In this document: piece after piece, positions 62,140 through 64,000 of the stretch
Numbering within the stretch: position 1 is the stretch's first letter
Layout of the letters: each line of letters begins with the position of its first letter
Source: the human T2T-CHM13v2.0 reference genome, Homo sapiens
Assembly: GCF_009914755.1 (NCBI RefSeq)
Contig: NC_060928.1
Direction: 5' to 3' (one strand)
Length of the DNA stretch: 64,000 nucleotides
Notes under the pieces: generated by a model
What the model saw: only the letters and a program-made list of their open reading frames with translations
The model's database searches: none
Told to the model about the DNA's origin: nothing
Program-made: the position numbers and the translations under genes

Positions 62140-62315
62140 AGTCTGACAAACTTTATGATTTTGGGCAACAGGCTTAATGCCTCTTTACCTCAGCTTCCTT
62201 ATCCCTAAAATGGAAATAATAGTAGTACCCACCTTCTACAGTTTTAATGAGTTTTAAGTGAAACCATCCATAGCTCTTGCCATAACATAAGTGATCAGTA
62301 GTTGTTAGCTATTAT
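62140..62315 (+). mobile_element. MIR
   Basis: tgattttgggcaa...cctcagcttccttatccctaaaatggaaataatagtagtacc. Confidence 0.7.
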
Positions 62316-63432
62316 CTTAAAATTAAATTCTTCAAAGAATAACTTATTTTCTGCTCAAATTTTCTCTCCTAATTTTAAAGAGCATCATACGTCCCCTGCC
62401 AGTTTTCAGAGTTGTGAAAATCTCCCTTGGCCACTTGCTCTGATTCTGAAGTTCTGCTCAAGCCAGTCTTGACTTTCTCCCTTGGGTCGGAGTCATGAGC
62501 CTGTGATTGCCTACACCTGCGTGTTATTAGGTCTCACACTTCTTCATATAGCCCTGCAAGCTGCATAGCATAGTGTCATGTTGAGATCTAGAGCACCTTC
62601 TGTCAATCCACCTTGAAGGAAACTTCTGGGAAGAGGACACAGACCTAAATAAATAGAAGAGCAGTTGAAGGTCTTCATGATGTCTTCCTCCCTCTGTCAG
62701 TCTTCATAGTTTTATATAGATTTGCTTAACCTATGAATTTGGCTGGACATTGACTTAATCAGACACCAGCTAACATAATACATTGATAATTTTTAATTGA
62801 CTCAATACCAACCCTCTACTGTGTGCAAAGCACCAAAGAAACATGGACTGGCTGATTTTCAGAACTGAAAGGAATTTAACAGATAATCTTGTTTCACTCC
62901 CAGGAAGTGCTAGGGAAGTTCAGTGACTTGACCAAAATTACACAGCTTTCAAAGGGTAGAGCAATTAATTCCTGCTGTAAACAGTCCAGGCTGGAATGAC
63001 TGAGAAAGAAGAAATTGAAGTTTGAAAGATGGATAAATTAGACTTAGCAGAAAGTTGAGGGAGTTTATTTCAGATATAATATTAACACAATAGTACTTTG
63101 GCAGATAACCTTTGAAATGGAAATGTTTAATTATTCTTACCACACTCTAGTTGCTAGACAGCCAGCATTGGCTAGGATAAAGGATATAGCCCTCCTCAGG
63201 GAGTTGGTTTGTAGCACAGTCTGGGAAACAATCGGTGCTCTCATTTCAAGGACAGAGTGAAATGAACAGAAATGAACCAAAGGTGATGATGAGGAAGCTG
63301 AGATTGCTTCTATGTTTTCCCTGAATCCTGTCCTTACTATGTTGGCTTTATCATTTTGTTTGGTAAATTTTGAATTTCTGCAATGGAAGTCATACACATA
63401 TTGGACTCTTTTTTAAAAAACATTATGGTTCA

Positions 63433-63486
63433 CCTCCAGCCTGGGCGACAGAGCGAGACTCTGTCTCAACAACAACAACAAAAAAA
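63433..63486 (+). mobile_element. Extremely 5'-truncated Alu (~55 bp incl. tail)
   Basis: ctccagcctgggcgacagagcgagactctgtctc + (CAA)n/A tail; imperfect TSD att(a/c)tggttcac. Confidence 0.85.
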
Positions 63487-63499
63487 TTCTGGTTCACTT

Positions 63500-64000
63500 G
63501 ATGGTGCCACCAAAAGTTCCACAGGCTTCCTTCATTCTTTTTCATTCATTCTTCTTTTTGCCCTTCTGACTGAATAACTTCAAATGACCTCTCTTGAATT
63601 TGCTGATTCTTTGGCTTAAGTCTGCTGTTAATGCTTTCCATTGAGTTTTTCAGTTCAGTTATTCTTTCATTCCAGAATTTTTACTTGGCTCTATTTTTGT
63701 GGTTATCTCTTTGTTGATGTTTACATTTTGCTCATGCATAGTTTTCTTATTTTATTTAGTTGTCTGTCTGTGTTTTCTTATAACCCACTAAATTTCATTA
63801 TATTGAATTTTTTGTCAGGTAATTCATTGTTCTTCATTTCTTTAGGGCTGGTTACTGTAGATTTATTTATTTATTTATTTATTTGGTTGTATCATATTTC
63901 CCTGATTTTTCGTGTCCCTTGTAGCTTTGCATTGGTGCCTGCACACTTGAGTATGCAGTCACCTCTTTGCTTCTTTTCAGACTGGTTTTCACAGGAAAAG
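63500..64000 (-). mobile_element. L1M ORF1 region (antisense), continues past window
   Basis: gtctgctgttaatgctttccattgagtttttcagttcagttattctttcattccagaattt. Confidence 0.75.

Overview
Human (primate) genomic DNA, AT-rich and repeat-dense, containing the 5' end of GUCY1A1 (GUCY1A3, soluble guanylate cyclase alpha-1) on the + strand. Positions ~1-31.2 kb are upstream intergenic sequence dominated by old L1s, a near full-length Tigger1, MaLR/ERVL LTRs and Alus. A CpG-island promoter with several short 5'-UTR exons lies at ~31.5-33.0 kb. A ~28.6 kb intron follows, and the first coding exon is at 61548-61914 (ATG 61660, [10 protein letters not shown]...LIFPE). No prokaryote-type system, CRISPR array or RNA gene is visible. 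The most interesting signal is a spliced upstream-ORF architecture. Two alternative first-exon donors each put an ATG into the same 66-70-codon frame, which stays open across three introns and stops 82 nt before the main ATG. Exon skipping would switch it to another uORF, and an internal donor could splice out the main start codon. Splice junctions are inferred from consensus signals plus recollection of the mRNA. Repeat subfamily names come from recalled consensus sequences and were not computed.
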